Translations under genes and position numbers: made by a program
From: Basidiobolus meristosporus CBS 931.73
Taxonomy: Eukaryota; Fungi; Basidiobolomycota
Length of the DNA stretch: 64,000 nt
NCBI GenBank assembly: GCA_002104905.1
Contig: MCFE01000463.1
Coordinates: 6,971 to 70,970, forward strand
Direction: 5' to 3'
The notes under the pieces: generated by a model
The model's input: the letters and a program-made list of their open reading frames with translations, nothing else
The model's database searches: none
What the model was told of the DNA's origin: nothing
Shown here: positions 38,390 to 50,690 of the stretch, one piece after another
Layout: each line of letters begins with the position of its first letter
Numbering within the stretch: the stretch's first letter is position 1

Positions 38390-40566
38390 ATAGTCCGTGT
38401 CAATTTTCAAGTTCCTATAGGCCTTTTGCTTGATGGGGTATTTGTCAGTGAGGTGGATTTGGTAATATACCCCAGATATATGACCAATTACTTGGTTCTT
38501 AGAGAATACTTGGGCAAGCAGGCATATTCCTTCTGGGAACTTGTCTTGTAATGCAGGCGGTAGACCAGGGTCCACATCTAGTTTGGGGAGTTCTTCATCT
38601 GGTTCCTTGTTTGTAGGTGGTCCTTGGTTGTTTCCGTCAACTTCCTTTAGGTTTAATAAAGGCACTCCTCTAGGCAATGTCACCGTGTGTTGCCCATTGT
38701 TGACCACTAAGCACTTCAAACTTTGTGTTTCAAATTTTGGTAGTATCCATACTTTAGGGATCAAGATTCCATCCAGTTGCTTGGATGCCTTTGCTGCGGT
38801 TATTATTCTTCCGCTTGTCAAATAAGCTATTGGTGTCTCTAATGAGATCACCATCTCACTGGCAGGTGGTATTTCTATCACCTTTTGTGTGATGATTGAA
38901 GACTGCAACGGTTTCACTTCTTCAATTGTCACACTGTTGCTACATTCCTCATTCTCATCAGTGATATGAATCAGTGGGATACTCTTGGTATCCCATTTGC
39001 GTTCAGATGCACTGTAAAGTATATCCATCTTATGTTGGATAAACCATTTCTCACCAACGAGTAAGCTGTTGGCTGCAACAGGTAGAACCACAACATCTTG
39101 GTGTATAATCAAGTTGCCTAGCTGGATGGGGCAATTAGGCACCACTCCTACTGTTGTTTCCAGTTGGTCATTTGCTAGCCATACCAAAATGGTGTTGTTG
39201 CGGACTATATCTAACTTTAGATGTTTTGCTAATGATTCTGACATGATCAACATAGAGGATCCTGTGTCAATAAGGGCAAGAATCTCCTTATTCTCTATAC
39301 ACACCTTTACGTATGTACCTCTATTTGGTTCTTGCAGGACTGTCTGGTTGACATGAAGGGTTGTTATCTCCTTCAATCCCTCTTTAGTTCCTTGACTAGA
39401 GCTGGGGGCAGTCCCAGTAAATTGGTTACTGGGAGGGTTGCCTTGGTTTGCTCTAGTACCTTCATTATGGGGAATAGGCCATGGGAAGATGTGTTAGCGT
39501 TCTTTGTTTGCTTCAACACTTCTTCTCAAGGCTCATTCTGTACCGCTTTACCTAATTCCGTGTTCTTTCCTGTTGACAGAACCTCTACTACAGGTTCCTT
39601 TGCCTCCTGTCTAGAAGCATCATGTCAATGCTTCTTCTTCTGTACTTTGACTGTTCTAACTGGAGGGCTTAGATTGACTGAGTCCTGTTGGCCTCCTGGC
39701 AAGGGACTCTGTCTTTTGATGCCTTCTTCTCTTTTGTGTCTGGTACAGGTTCTTGTCCGTACAGTTTTTCACATTTGTGGGCTCTATGGACTACTTCTCC
39801 ACATACATAGCATGGGTATTGTTGTTGCGGTTGTTCCATTGGTTTGGTCAGGGCTTGTACCTGGGCCTTTAAATCTACAACTGCTTCCCAGAGTTTATCA
39901 CCTTCTTTGGGGACTTCTTGGACATTGTTGATTGAGAGCTCTTGGACCTTTTGCCGTAATTCCTCTAACTCAGGGTCTTTTAGGAAGGCAATTTTTCCTT
40001 TCTTACGGGGGATCCCTGTCCTTCAATTATTTGTATCATTATAAGGTAGCCCCCATAGCAAGATGACCCTTTGTACTTGTTCAACCATCTCTTGCAGCGT
40101 TTTACATCATTGTTGTTCTTTGGATGCCCTATGTCTTATTTTGTTGTCTAAGCCCATGATGTAATACCTCATGAGCTGTCATTCAGCAATTTTGTCCTTT
40201 GGGAGACATCAAACTTGTTGGAGAAACAGTTCAGTGTAGGCTTCATAGCTCTCACTGCTTTTCTTCTGTGAGGACAGTAGAAGGGTTTTGTAGTGGTATC
40301 CTTTAGCATATAGAAAGCGTGTCTAGTAGGCTTCTTCTAATGCATCCCAGTTGTCTTTAACCGTGTCTTCCAACCCATAATGCCATTGCCATGCTGACCC
40401 TTCCATATGCCTTGCAAACTCCCTTACTTTCTTATTGCTGTCCCATCCTGCCTCAACCTCAACTCTCTCAAACTTATCAAACCACTCAAGGGCTTTCCCT
40501 CTCTTTCCCTTGTACGTTTTTAGTTTGATTGTAGTAGTCATTACCTCACTTGTGCTTATTTCCACA

Positions 40567-40578
40567 GAGATGGCACCA
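40567..40578 (-). promoter_or_regulatory. PBS complementary to the tRNA-His 3' end
   Basis: The minus strand reads tggtgccatctc four nt from the LTR, matching the yeast tRNA-His 3' end ...GAGAUGGCACCA (recalled from memory). Confidence 0.7.
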
Positions 40579-41235
40579 AATATGTGGGTTATTACTGACT
40601 GTACTGTGTGAGTGGGAGAGCTTGTAGGTCAAGTCAGCAAGGTAATAAAGACTTGTGTTTATTCTGTCCAGATCCTCTTGTCCTCTCACTTGGTCCAATT
40701 GGGTAGATATATATATCACTTAGGGGGGCTTAGATAATAGACAATGTGTTATAAGATAGGGGTGTGAGCACCTTCCTGTTATGGTAAGTGTTCTAACTAG
40801 ATAAGGGTAGGGATAGGAGGGAGGGCATGTGGGGCAATCAAAGGGAGGATACTGGGGGACTTTGGGTAGGACTCTGGGGAGAACTCTTGGGCAAAGAGTG
40901 GGTACTGCATTTAGTACTCACAGCTTATATTAATAACCAAGCTGTACATGGAGCATCTCAAGCTGAATGAGCTCTGTGAGATACCAGAAAACTCCAAAAG
41001 AATTGGCAAGATATTACATTATAACTTATACCCACAGAGCTTCTTGTTAGTTCATGACCCCCCAAGTCTTATAGAATACAGATCAAATCCCTTGTTGTAG
41101 TTTACACAAAATGCAATCACCAAAATTCCTGACACCCTGAACATGAAAATTCTCCCAGTTGTCCAAAAAGCCACATACTTCACAATCATGTCCTTAAGAC
41201 CTTCCTAGCCTATTCTACATAGTTTTTTAGCCAAT

Positions 41236-41408
41236 AGACTTGTTCCATCATTCCAGCTGATCATAGTGCTCAATAGTGCCATAGCATGCCAGATGGTGCC
41301 ATACAGTGCCAGTTTGGGATCAAAATTGACATGCATATGACCCTAAAATATCATATTAATAACAAAATATACAGCACTTTCTGGCACTATGATCAATGGT
41401 ACAAGCCT
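41236..41408. mobile_element. Short MITE (173 bp) with PHIS TIRs
   Basis: agacttgttcc...ggtacaagcct; TSD aat/aat; reverse-complement relative of 3809-4019. Confidence 0.8.
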
Positions 41409-42890
41409 AATACCATGTAAGAGTATGAATGCTGCTTTTATATTCAGTTAATCACAATGCAAAGACCATGCAATCTGCTTGTTCTCCCAATCACTTTCAT
41501 ATCCCCAAGATTCTTACAACAGACTATGAGCCCCAGGCTGTCTCTCTCTGCAATGTTTACAGCTGCTATCACTGGGATTTTCCCTCTGCTGAAAAATTGG
41601 ATGGATCCAACAACCAGTTGAGGAAGGTGAAGATGAAGATGCTGCTGCAAGAAAGAGACCATTGGGATATTGTCATGAGAGAAGAATGACCTCCTAAAAT
41701 GTGGGAGTGGAAGCCTTAAGGTACCAGAAGAAAGAGCAAAGTGCCTTTAACTGCATTTGCCTTAATGTTAAAGGCAAATTGCTAATTCAATGCTCAAGAG
41801 CAAAGATGGCAAAGAATACCTGGAAGGCATTAGAAGACACCTACCAGTCATACTCAGCTGATAAGAAAAGTTATCTTAGACAGAAGTTCCTTACTGCAAG
41901 TTGCTGCTAGCAGAGGAAATGAAAAATCTGATTCTTAGATTTCCCTGCTGGTGGATGAGAGCAAATATGTGGGCATACCACCACTAATGAGGATGTGATG
42001 TTACCATCCTGAATAGCCTGACCAAGGGGTCTTAGGGATTTGTATCAGCCCTATAGTCCATAACTGAAGATTTGACCTTTAACTATGTATGTATAAGGCT
42101 CATGGATGAAGAATCAAGAAAATCAAGCACCAACTAGAAAGAAGCCAAAAGTGCTTTAATAAGCAAAAATAGCAAACAAAGAAGGTATCCAAGACTCTGT
42201 GAAGGCAGAAGCAAACTGCTTTGCAACCACTGTAAAAGGAAAGGACACACAGCAGACCAGTGCACTAAAAAGAAAGATGTTCAGCAGAAAAAGCCTGAAT
42301 ATAGAAATGCCGCAACAGCTGAAGACACACTGTTCATATCTGCACTAAATTTCACCACAAACAAGAATTCTCAGACATGGCATATTGACTCTGAAGCATC
42401 TCAACACTTTGCACACCAAAAAGACCTCTTGGCCAGTATTAAAAAATTCCAATTAAGAACGTTCTCATGGGTGGCAATAGAACACTTCATACAGTGGGAG
42501 TAAGAACTAACCAAGTAAGTGTTATAAGCAGCAAAGGAAGTCACACACTTACATTCAAAAAAGCACCCTATGTACCAGAAATAGCACAGAACCTACTATC
42601 TGCAAGCAATGCCATAGCAGAAGGACTCAGTTTCAGCTTTGACAAATCTGGGTGCAGCATAACCAATCAAACTGGTGCACATGTTGCATTAGGTATCAAA
42701 GATCAGAATCTATCCAAGTTGACATATATTTTATCATACCTGGCAGCCAATATACAAAACTTGAATGAAGAAACACCAATGCTTTGGCACAGGAGATTTG
42801 GACACATCAATTTTGGTTATTTGTGCAAATGATCAGAGATTGGCTTATTTCCAGAGTAATGGCTAATCCCCAATTTAATCTGGAGAGCGG

Positions 42891-43960
42891 TGTGGTGGTG
42901 TATAAGTCCAAGGGAGAGATACGTCCAACACTTCTCAAGTGTTTTGTGTGTGGGGTGTTCACTGGGTGCAATAACCTCTGGCAAAAGCTTGCTAGGAATA
43001 CTTGGGTTCTGTCTCTAATCTAATGTGAAGGGGAATAAAGCCACAAGCTTGTCAAGGGAAAACTATTGAGCTACAATCCCCAACTTGGTTGGCGTCTTAA
43101 CAAAAGTATGTGCTGGGTTCAGCGTCCTTTGAGATGACAATGTACTAAAGCTTCCAAAGTCAAAACAACTGTAAACTCCACCAGCAGGGACTTGATAAGA
43201 ATGCAGCTGTGGTCAATAGTTACAAAGACAGAAAAGTATCTTTGCCTGTACAAGAACAAACTTGGGAAAGAAACAAATATGATAAAAGATACTTACTCTG
43301 AGTATTCCTCACAAGTAGTGCCTCCAAGGTCAGTTGGCTGTCAGCGCGGTTTCCTGGGAGTGTCCTGTGGTCTAGGGTTGGAAGTTCAGGTAGCAGCAGG
43401 TAGCAGTGATCACACTAATCAACAAGTTGGTATATTGATAAAAGGGATGATGATTTATTGTTGAGGGATAGCCTCCCTTATATACTTTTCTTACTGGCTA
43501 AGTGATTACTAATCATGGTGTTCCAGAAGGTTCCAGATATCAATATAAATCTCAATGACATCAGAATGATTTAAGAATGTTCTAAGTAGGTGCCAGAAGG
43601 TTCTCAGAGGCACAGCACATCCAACCAATCAGGAATCAGTATTCTGAAACCTGTGTAACATGGGGATACCATATATGGTATGGAAATGGTAGGGATGGTG
43701 ACACGGGTTGATCATGTGTCACGGGTACTGGCGCGGGTACTTGCCTAATATAGAAGTACTTATAGCTAGTAATCTTACATAAAGTGAGGGGTAACTTATG
43801 CAATAAGGTAAGCAGGTGTGATAGTCATCTGGCTTATGGGATAGTACTGATTGGGTAAGACAAATGGGATAAAACTATATAAGTGTAGTAGAGATATAGG
43901 GAAGTAGAAAATAAGGGAATGAGCACATCTGTCAGTGGGTGTCACTGTCACCCCACTACA
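42891..43960 (-). repeat. Solo LTR of family A
   Basis: 1070 bp; perfect TSD gcgg (42887-42890 and 43961-43964). Confidence 0.95.
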
Positions 43961-44638
43961 GCGGTGAAGCCTGCATATATGGGAAACACACCATAGATCT
44001 GTGTAGACCTATGTAAAATCCATTCTTAGGTGGTAAGAAGTATTTGATCCCTTTTGTTGATGCTTATACAAGATAATCATGGGACTATTTTGTAGAAAGG
44101 GAGGAAGAAGCTCTGTCTAAGCTCAGGGAGTTTAATACTATGGGGGAGAGAGAAACTGGTGAAAAAATAAAAAAAATATGCTCTGACAATGGTGGATAAT
44201 ATACCTTAAAACTACCTCAAAACTCTTAATCCTTTTATACAAGATTCATGCAATAAAGCAAGAGACTACTCTACTATACTCCCCACAGCAAAATGAAGTA
44301 TCAGAGCATGCAAATAGATGATTAACCTATATAGCAATATCTGTGAGCCATGATCAAAATCATCCTCTGCGGGTTGGGTGGGATATTCCCCATATTGTTC
44401 AAATCAAAATAAACTTTGGCCTCCTGCTTACTAAGCTTTACAAACACGTACACCTGCCTCAATTGACATACTTCTATCACCACAACTTTATGGCTTTTTG
44501 TTGTGGTACTTACAAAGTTGCCATATACCTTGTACTGCTGGTAACATATACATCTTGCAAACATATGCTTGGTTTCTGCCACTTCTGTCATGAGTACCTG
44601 CTGAATATCTACAAAGAACTTTTTGGTGTTTTGCCAAT

Positions 44639-46930
44639 TGACTTGTTCCATTGAACTGTGCCAGGGTGCATGGTGCAATCTGCGGTCTCTAAGAAGAATT
44701 TGGCATAATATTGTAGCTACCTGTAGGCAGGATTGCTCTTGAACAATTTTGCACCATGTGGGACAAACTTGCACACTATTGCACAATCTGACACAATGAG
44801 GCTGACACAAATGATTGCACCAACTTGTAATGCTTGCATCATATGTGCAATTGGATACCATTATTATAGTAGGTAAAATCTAGTATCTGGATATAATTCT
44901 TTAATATATATGAAAATAAATGTATATGACACTATATACTACACTGATACTTACCATTTTTATTATTGTCACTCCAATTGGATGGTATCTCAGTGGTTAA
45001 TTGGTCCAAAAGTATCCTTAAGCTGTCAGCAATGGCATGGCCCTTGGCTAAGTTCAATGTGATGCTGCTTATTGATGCACCTTGGCCCACTCCAATGGAC
45101 TTGTGTAGGATGAGTCCTATGTATATAGCTCTTGGAAGCCACTTAGCTCTACTAATATATCACATAATACATTAGTAATTTGAGGTAAAAACTCATTCAA
45201 ATATCTTTGGTTCCCAAAGTCATTGCACAAATGAATGCATCCAGCCTGCACTGAGCAAACTGCGTGCAAAATTGTTCCTGCACAGCTTCCTCATCATATC
45301 CCCTGACTCTCAGCTCATTCTTTATTTAAATACTTGTCTTGCTATATATCTTCTTACATACATCCACTGGCATCTTGATGTAGAACTCATGCCACAGCTT
45401 TCTACTCAGGTTCTTCCATCTCTGTCCACTCTCCAAGGTATTTAGTTCTGCTAGATTAGTCAGTAGTGCCAGAATATCTGTATGAAGGCTCAACATAGAC
45501 ACTTGGGCCATACTGAGATCATTTGGCAAGAACTCAAACAAATCCAACATTGACATTTCTGGTCCGGACCGTGCTTGTGAGCAGGGGGATGGGTTTTGTC
45601 TGGGTTGTACCAAAGATAAGTTGAGACTTGGTATAGAGACCATAGTGACAGATTGGAATACTTATATAGTAGTGTTTTGGCATCAACCTGGTCTTATATG
45701 AAATATATATGAAAACTAATGAGATTTTTGAATTTTCCATATATTAGACTTGTTCCATTGTATAGTGCCACATTGAGCCATGGGTGCCAAATGATACCAT
45801 AATGTGCCAAGGAGGCCAAGTGAGCCTAAGCCTGGCCACAGAGTGTGAAACACAGCTCTTCATCTTCATGCAAAGCAACCCCTGTGTCTTACCCACTGTG
45901 TTGGAGAAAATCCATTTTTTGCCCTTTTTTTTTGGATCAATGTTGTGCATGATGCATAAGTGCACAGAAGAATTGAAGACATGCACCTGGTATTCAATAC
46001 CCATGGCACTCTAAATCTAGCTCCTGTAGCTTGTATGATGTCACAAAAATGCATGGCACTCTCTTGGTCCACTGGTACTATCTGGCACTGCAAGTGCTTT
46101 GTATAGGTCTTACTTTAGGGCTAATATTTAAATATTGTGCCAGATGGTACCAGTGGACCTAGATAGTCCCATGCATTTTTGTGACATGATACAAGCTACA
46201 GGAGCTAGATTCAGAGTGCCATGGGTATTGAATACCAGGTGCATGTCTTCAGTCCTTCTGTCCTCTTACACATCCTGCACAACACTGATCCAAAAAAAAG
46301 GTCAACAAATGGATTTTCTCCAACACAGTGGGTGAAACACAGGGGCTACTTTGCATGAAGATGCAGAGCTATGTTTCACACCCTGGGGCCAAGTTTAAGT
46401 CTGCTTTGCCTCTCTGGCACGCAATGGCACTATATGGCATTCATGGCTCAATGTGGCACTACCCAACGGAACAAGTCTATTATGCATGATGCATCTTAGA
46501 TTGCTTTGACACGGATTGGATCACATCAATTTCAGATTTCCTATTTTATTATAGACTTGTGAGTAAAACATCAATAAGAATATCAAGTCATTGTTTGAGG
46601 ATGATTTTTGCAACATAATGATGGGATACATGGCAATTGATGGAAATTTAATCATAATGCATCAAGAATCAGATAAATAAATCTGATCACGCTAAATCAA
46701 TTCAAATCACCTCAGCCCAATCATCTACCAATTGTAATATGACTTACTCATCTGAATGGTCTTTTCTCATCAATCTCATCACTACCACAGGATTTCCTTT
46801 TGACACACAAGAGGAGATACCAGGTACTGTGGACCATCTACCTTAATCTACTCAAGGAAATCCCTTGTTAAGCTTCTCTGCTATTATAAGAACTATTGCC
46901 CTACAAGGTTTCCTCCCACCATGCATGGCA
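44639..46930 (+). mobile_element. PHIS transposon copy 2 (left TIR, deleted ORF1, transposase N-terminus), right-truncated
   Basis: aat|tgacttgttcc at 44639; 45030-45745 matches 810-1690 and 46480-46930 matches 1690-2150. Confidence 0.8.
45746..46478. mobile_element. Fold-back MITE (733 bp) inserted in its own parent family
   Basis: TSD att/att; the empty site ccatatattatg is at 1681-1692 in copy 1. Confidence 0.93.
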
Positions 46931-46934
46931 ACAA

Positions 46935-48965
46935 AAGTCCTACAAAAGCTGTAGATGTGTCAAGTTGGGATTAGAGATCTGCCTTGGGATAAAGGTTCCT
47001 ATAATGTCCACAAATGACTCCCAGTGCTTCCAATGCACTCTTAGCAGGAATGGCCTCAGAATGCCACTTGAGCAAATGCATATTCAGCTCAGCCAGTCTT
47101 TGCATTTGTATTGTTGCATATGAGTATGAATATCAGTTGGAGCATGTGAGAAGTACTTAGGGTAGTGGATGCTCTGTAATATCTTGCCAGTCTTTCAGAT
47201 TTCTCTGGTACTTCAAAGGGCCCATTCAGCTTGAAATGCCCATGTACAACTTAGTCATCAGTATAGTAATATTGTTGAAAGTCAAATGCATTGCTCCCAG
47301 TGGAAAGCTTTTGCTCCAACAGATACTCTCTATCTAAAGTATCACTAGTTTCCAATTGATTCCATATTCTGGCCAATGATTTATAGCTTGCCAACTTTGC
47401 TGCAATTGCATGCTGACTTCTGTCCATTCTGCCGGTGGGAAGATGATGTTCTTAGTGTTGGTGTTTGGGTAATAATAATGTATGTAAGTTATGGAGAAAA
47501 TCCCCTGGATCTCACATGTTTGACCTCAATACCATCCATTGTGCCTAGAAAAGCCAGCTATCTTGCTGATGGCTGGGGTTAGCCTAATGCAGAAACCAAT
47601 AAGCACTTTGACATGAGGGTCATTTACTGTTTTCCTGCTGGAAAGTAGACAAAATTTTTCCCGCAATGGATACAGGGAGCTATCCTGGTTGGATTGTGAT
47701 TTATGCCCAGATACCATTGAGACTACCATCAGATTCCATATAAATAAATATTAAGATGATCCCATCAAGAAGTCATCACAAAGTTAAAGTCCCATGACTA
47801 AAAGGTATTGATCCTGTCAGGACATCATCCAGAGAATGTTGAGAAATAGTTGCCCCCCAGATTTCACAAAAAACTTGTTCAAAATTTTTCATCACAATAA
47901 TGTATAGGTGGCTTTTGATTGGTTCCCTGCCAATTTGTTCACTTTCTGATCCCAGACACTCTATTGCCTCCTACATTTGTGTGCATTGATTGGCTATTAC
48001 CTCTTTTTCACACTCCTCACTTCATAACTCAACTGTTTCTCTTACTTTCCATGCTTACAAATTGATTTACTTTTGTTGAAGCTTCAGTTGCACCTCAATT
48101 ACCAATTGTATTGACCTATACAAGTCCTTATACCCTACACCTACCTTAAGCCCCACCCCACACTTATAAAGTAACTTCATTAAAATCCACCACTCAATAA
48201 GTATTTCTGCTATATTGCTCTGGTTCCACCACTTTGTCAGGAACCCATCTGCTTTATGCCACTGTTCACTCACTGCTTCTCACACATCCTGGTTCTCAGC
48301 CAGCACTGCAAGGTCCAGCCCCTTATCTGCCAGTCTTTGCAATAAATCCTTGCAATATTCCAGTGTGTTCTCTTGAGCACTGCTCTTGAAGAAGTGCTGC
48401 AACCTTTTTGTGTGCTTATTAATGTTCCAAAACTCCACTGAAGGCATTGTGATAGTCATTCAAGTTCTTGACATTGTAGCCTTGTCTGTCAGTGGGATCT
48501 CCACTCTGTCAACAATGGAGGATATGGAGGGTGTAGTAGACAAACTGCCTTTTTCAGCAAACTCATCTACCTTGATAGCATGTAGCTGAGCTGCCTGTGC
48601 TTCCAACTATTGTGAAAACAGCTGCTTGCTTGTTGGTAATTCTTCTTGGCTATGATGGGATTCAGTCTGTTCTGGGCTTGCAGTGTTAATTGGCAAGAAC
48701 TGCAGTTTTTTTTGCATGCCTTCCTGTCTCAGACTTGGGTAGATGTTTTTCCCTTTACCTTTTCCTTTATCACCACCAGGTCTTTCACTGCTACTTTGTC
48801 TGAGTGCTTCTTGTATAGAACTATGCTTTCTCCTGGATAAATTCTGCTCTGACGCATATGATTTGGCCTGCTTGCCCATTGCTGGCACTCTTCTGGCAAC
48901 CAGACATTTCTTTTCCGCTTGTTTTGAGCTCTCAACCATAGTTTCATGGGCTTCTCTAAAAGCGG
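46935..48965 (-). pseudogene. CACTA transposase fragment plus fragment of the second ORF
   Basis: 46935-47730 is colinear with 3560-3808, 25130-25898 and 30590; 48240-48960 is the reverse complement of 32350-33170. Confidence 0.7.
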
Positions 48966-49956
48966 TGTAGTGGGGTGACAGTGACACCCACTGACAGATG
49001 TGCTCATTCCCTTATTTTCTACTTCCCTATATATCTACTACACTTATATAGTTTTATCCCATTTGTCTTACCCAATCAGTACTATCCCATAAGCCAGTTG
49101 ACTATCACACCTGCTTACCTTATTGCATAAGTTACCCCTCACTTTATGTAAGATTACTAGCTATAAGTACTTCTATATTAGGCAAGTACCTGTGCCAGCA
49201 CCCGTGACACATGATCAACCCGTGTCACCATCCCTACCATTTCCATACCATATATGGTATCCCCATGTTACACAGGTTTCAGAATACTGATTCCTGATTG
49301 GTTGGATGTGCTGTGCCTCTTAGAACCTTCCGGCACCTACTTAGAACATTCTTAAGTCATTCTGATGTCATTAAGATTTCTATTGATATCCGGAACCTTC
49401 TGGAGCACCATGATTAGTAATCACTTAGCCAGTGAGAAAAGTATATAAGGGAGGCTATCCCTCTACAATAAATTGTCATCCCTTTTATCAATATACCAAC
49501 TTGTTGATTAGTGTGATCACTGCTACCTGCTGCTACCTGAACTTCCAACCCCAGACCACAGGACACTCCCAGGAAACTGCGCTAACAGCCAACTGACTTT
49601 GGAGGCACTACTTGTGAGGAATACTCAGAGTAGGTATCTTTTATCATATTTGTTTCTTTCCCAAGTTTGTTCTTGTAAAGGCAAAGATACTTTTCTGTCT
49701 TTGTAACTATTGACCACAGCTGCATTCTTATCAAGTCCCTGCTGGTGGAGTTTACAGTTGTTTTGACTTTGGAAGCTTTAGTACATTGTCATCTCAAAGG
49801 ATGCTGAACCCAGCACATACTTTTTTTAAGACGCCAACCATGTTGGGGATTGTAGCTCAATAGTTTTCCCTTGACAAGCTTGTGGCTTTATTCCCCTTCA
49901 CATTAGATTAGAGACAGAACCCAAGTATTCCTAGCAAGCTATTGCCAGAGGTTATT

Positions 49957-50690
49957 AGACTTGTTCCGTTGGATAGTGCCACATTGAGCCATGAGTGCCA
50001 TATAGTGCCACAGTGTGCCTGAGAGTTATAGCAGACCTAAACTTGGCCACAGAGTGTGGCATAGAGCTCTTCATATTCATGCAAAGCAGCTCCTGTGTTT
50101 CACCTACTGTGCAGGAGAAAATCAATTTTTTAACCTTTTTTTTGGGATCAAAATTGTGCATGACATAAAAGAGCACAGACAGACTGAAGATATGCATCTG
50201 GTACACAATACCCATGGCACTCTAAATCTAGCCCCACAGGCTTGTAGCATGTCACAAAAATGCATGGCACTATCTTGGTCCACTGGTACTGTCTGGCACT
50301 ATAAGTGCTTTGTATAGGTTCTACTTTAGGGCTAATATTTAAATATAGTGCCAGATAGTACCAGTGGACCAAGATAGTGCCACGCATTTTTGTGACATGC
50401 TACAAGCCTGTGGGGCTAGATTTAGAGTGCCATGGGTATTGTGTACCAGATGCATATCTTCAGTCTGTCTGTGCTCTTTTATGTCATGCACAATTTTGAT
50501 CCCAAGAAAAAGGTTAAAAAATTGATTTTCTCCTGCACAGTAGGTGAAACACAGGAGCTGCTTTGCATAAATATGCAGAACTATATGTCACACTCTGTGG
50601 CCAAGTTTAGGTCTGCTATGACTCTCAGGCACACTATGGCACTATTTGGCACTCATGGCTCAATGTGGCACTATCCAACGGAACAAGTCT
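49957..50690. mobile_element. Fold-back MITE (734 bp) in the A1 5' LTR
   Basis: Perfect terminal agacttgttccgttggatagtgcc on both ends; flanks att/atg; absent from the other A LTRs. Confidence 0.93.

Larger units (their letters stand above)
33865..40922 (-). mobile_element. Decayed full-length Ty3/gypsy (family F) with a tRNA-His PBS and an extra 3' ORF
   Basis: LTRs 33865-34241 and 40583-40922; gag from about 40565; PR LIDTGSS; RT NAPTMFQR/VYIDNI; RNase H CDGSLTCIG; integrase WVGIDFVGP/YHPQTN. No matching TSD. Confidence 0.9.
41050..44340 (+). mobile_element. Decayed copia E 5' portion (LTR to 41521, gag, PR, part of IN)
   Basis: PBS relic gactatgagccc; colinear with 14561-16370; contains a MITE and a solo LTR A. 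Confidence 0.82.

Noticed and set aside
39332-39931. A 199-aa plus-strand ORF
   Set aside because: It is antisense to the family F gag, low in complexity, and has no domain.
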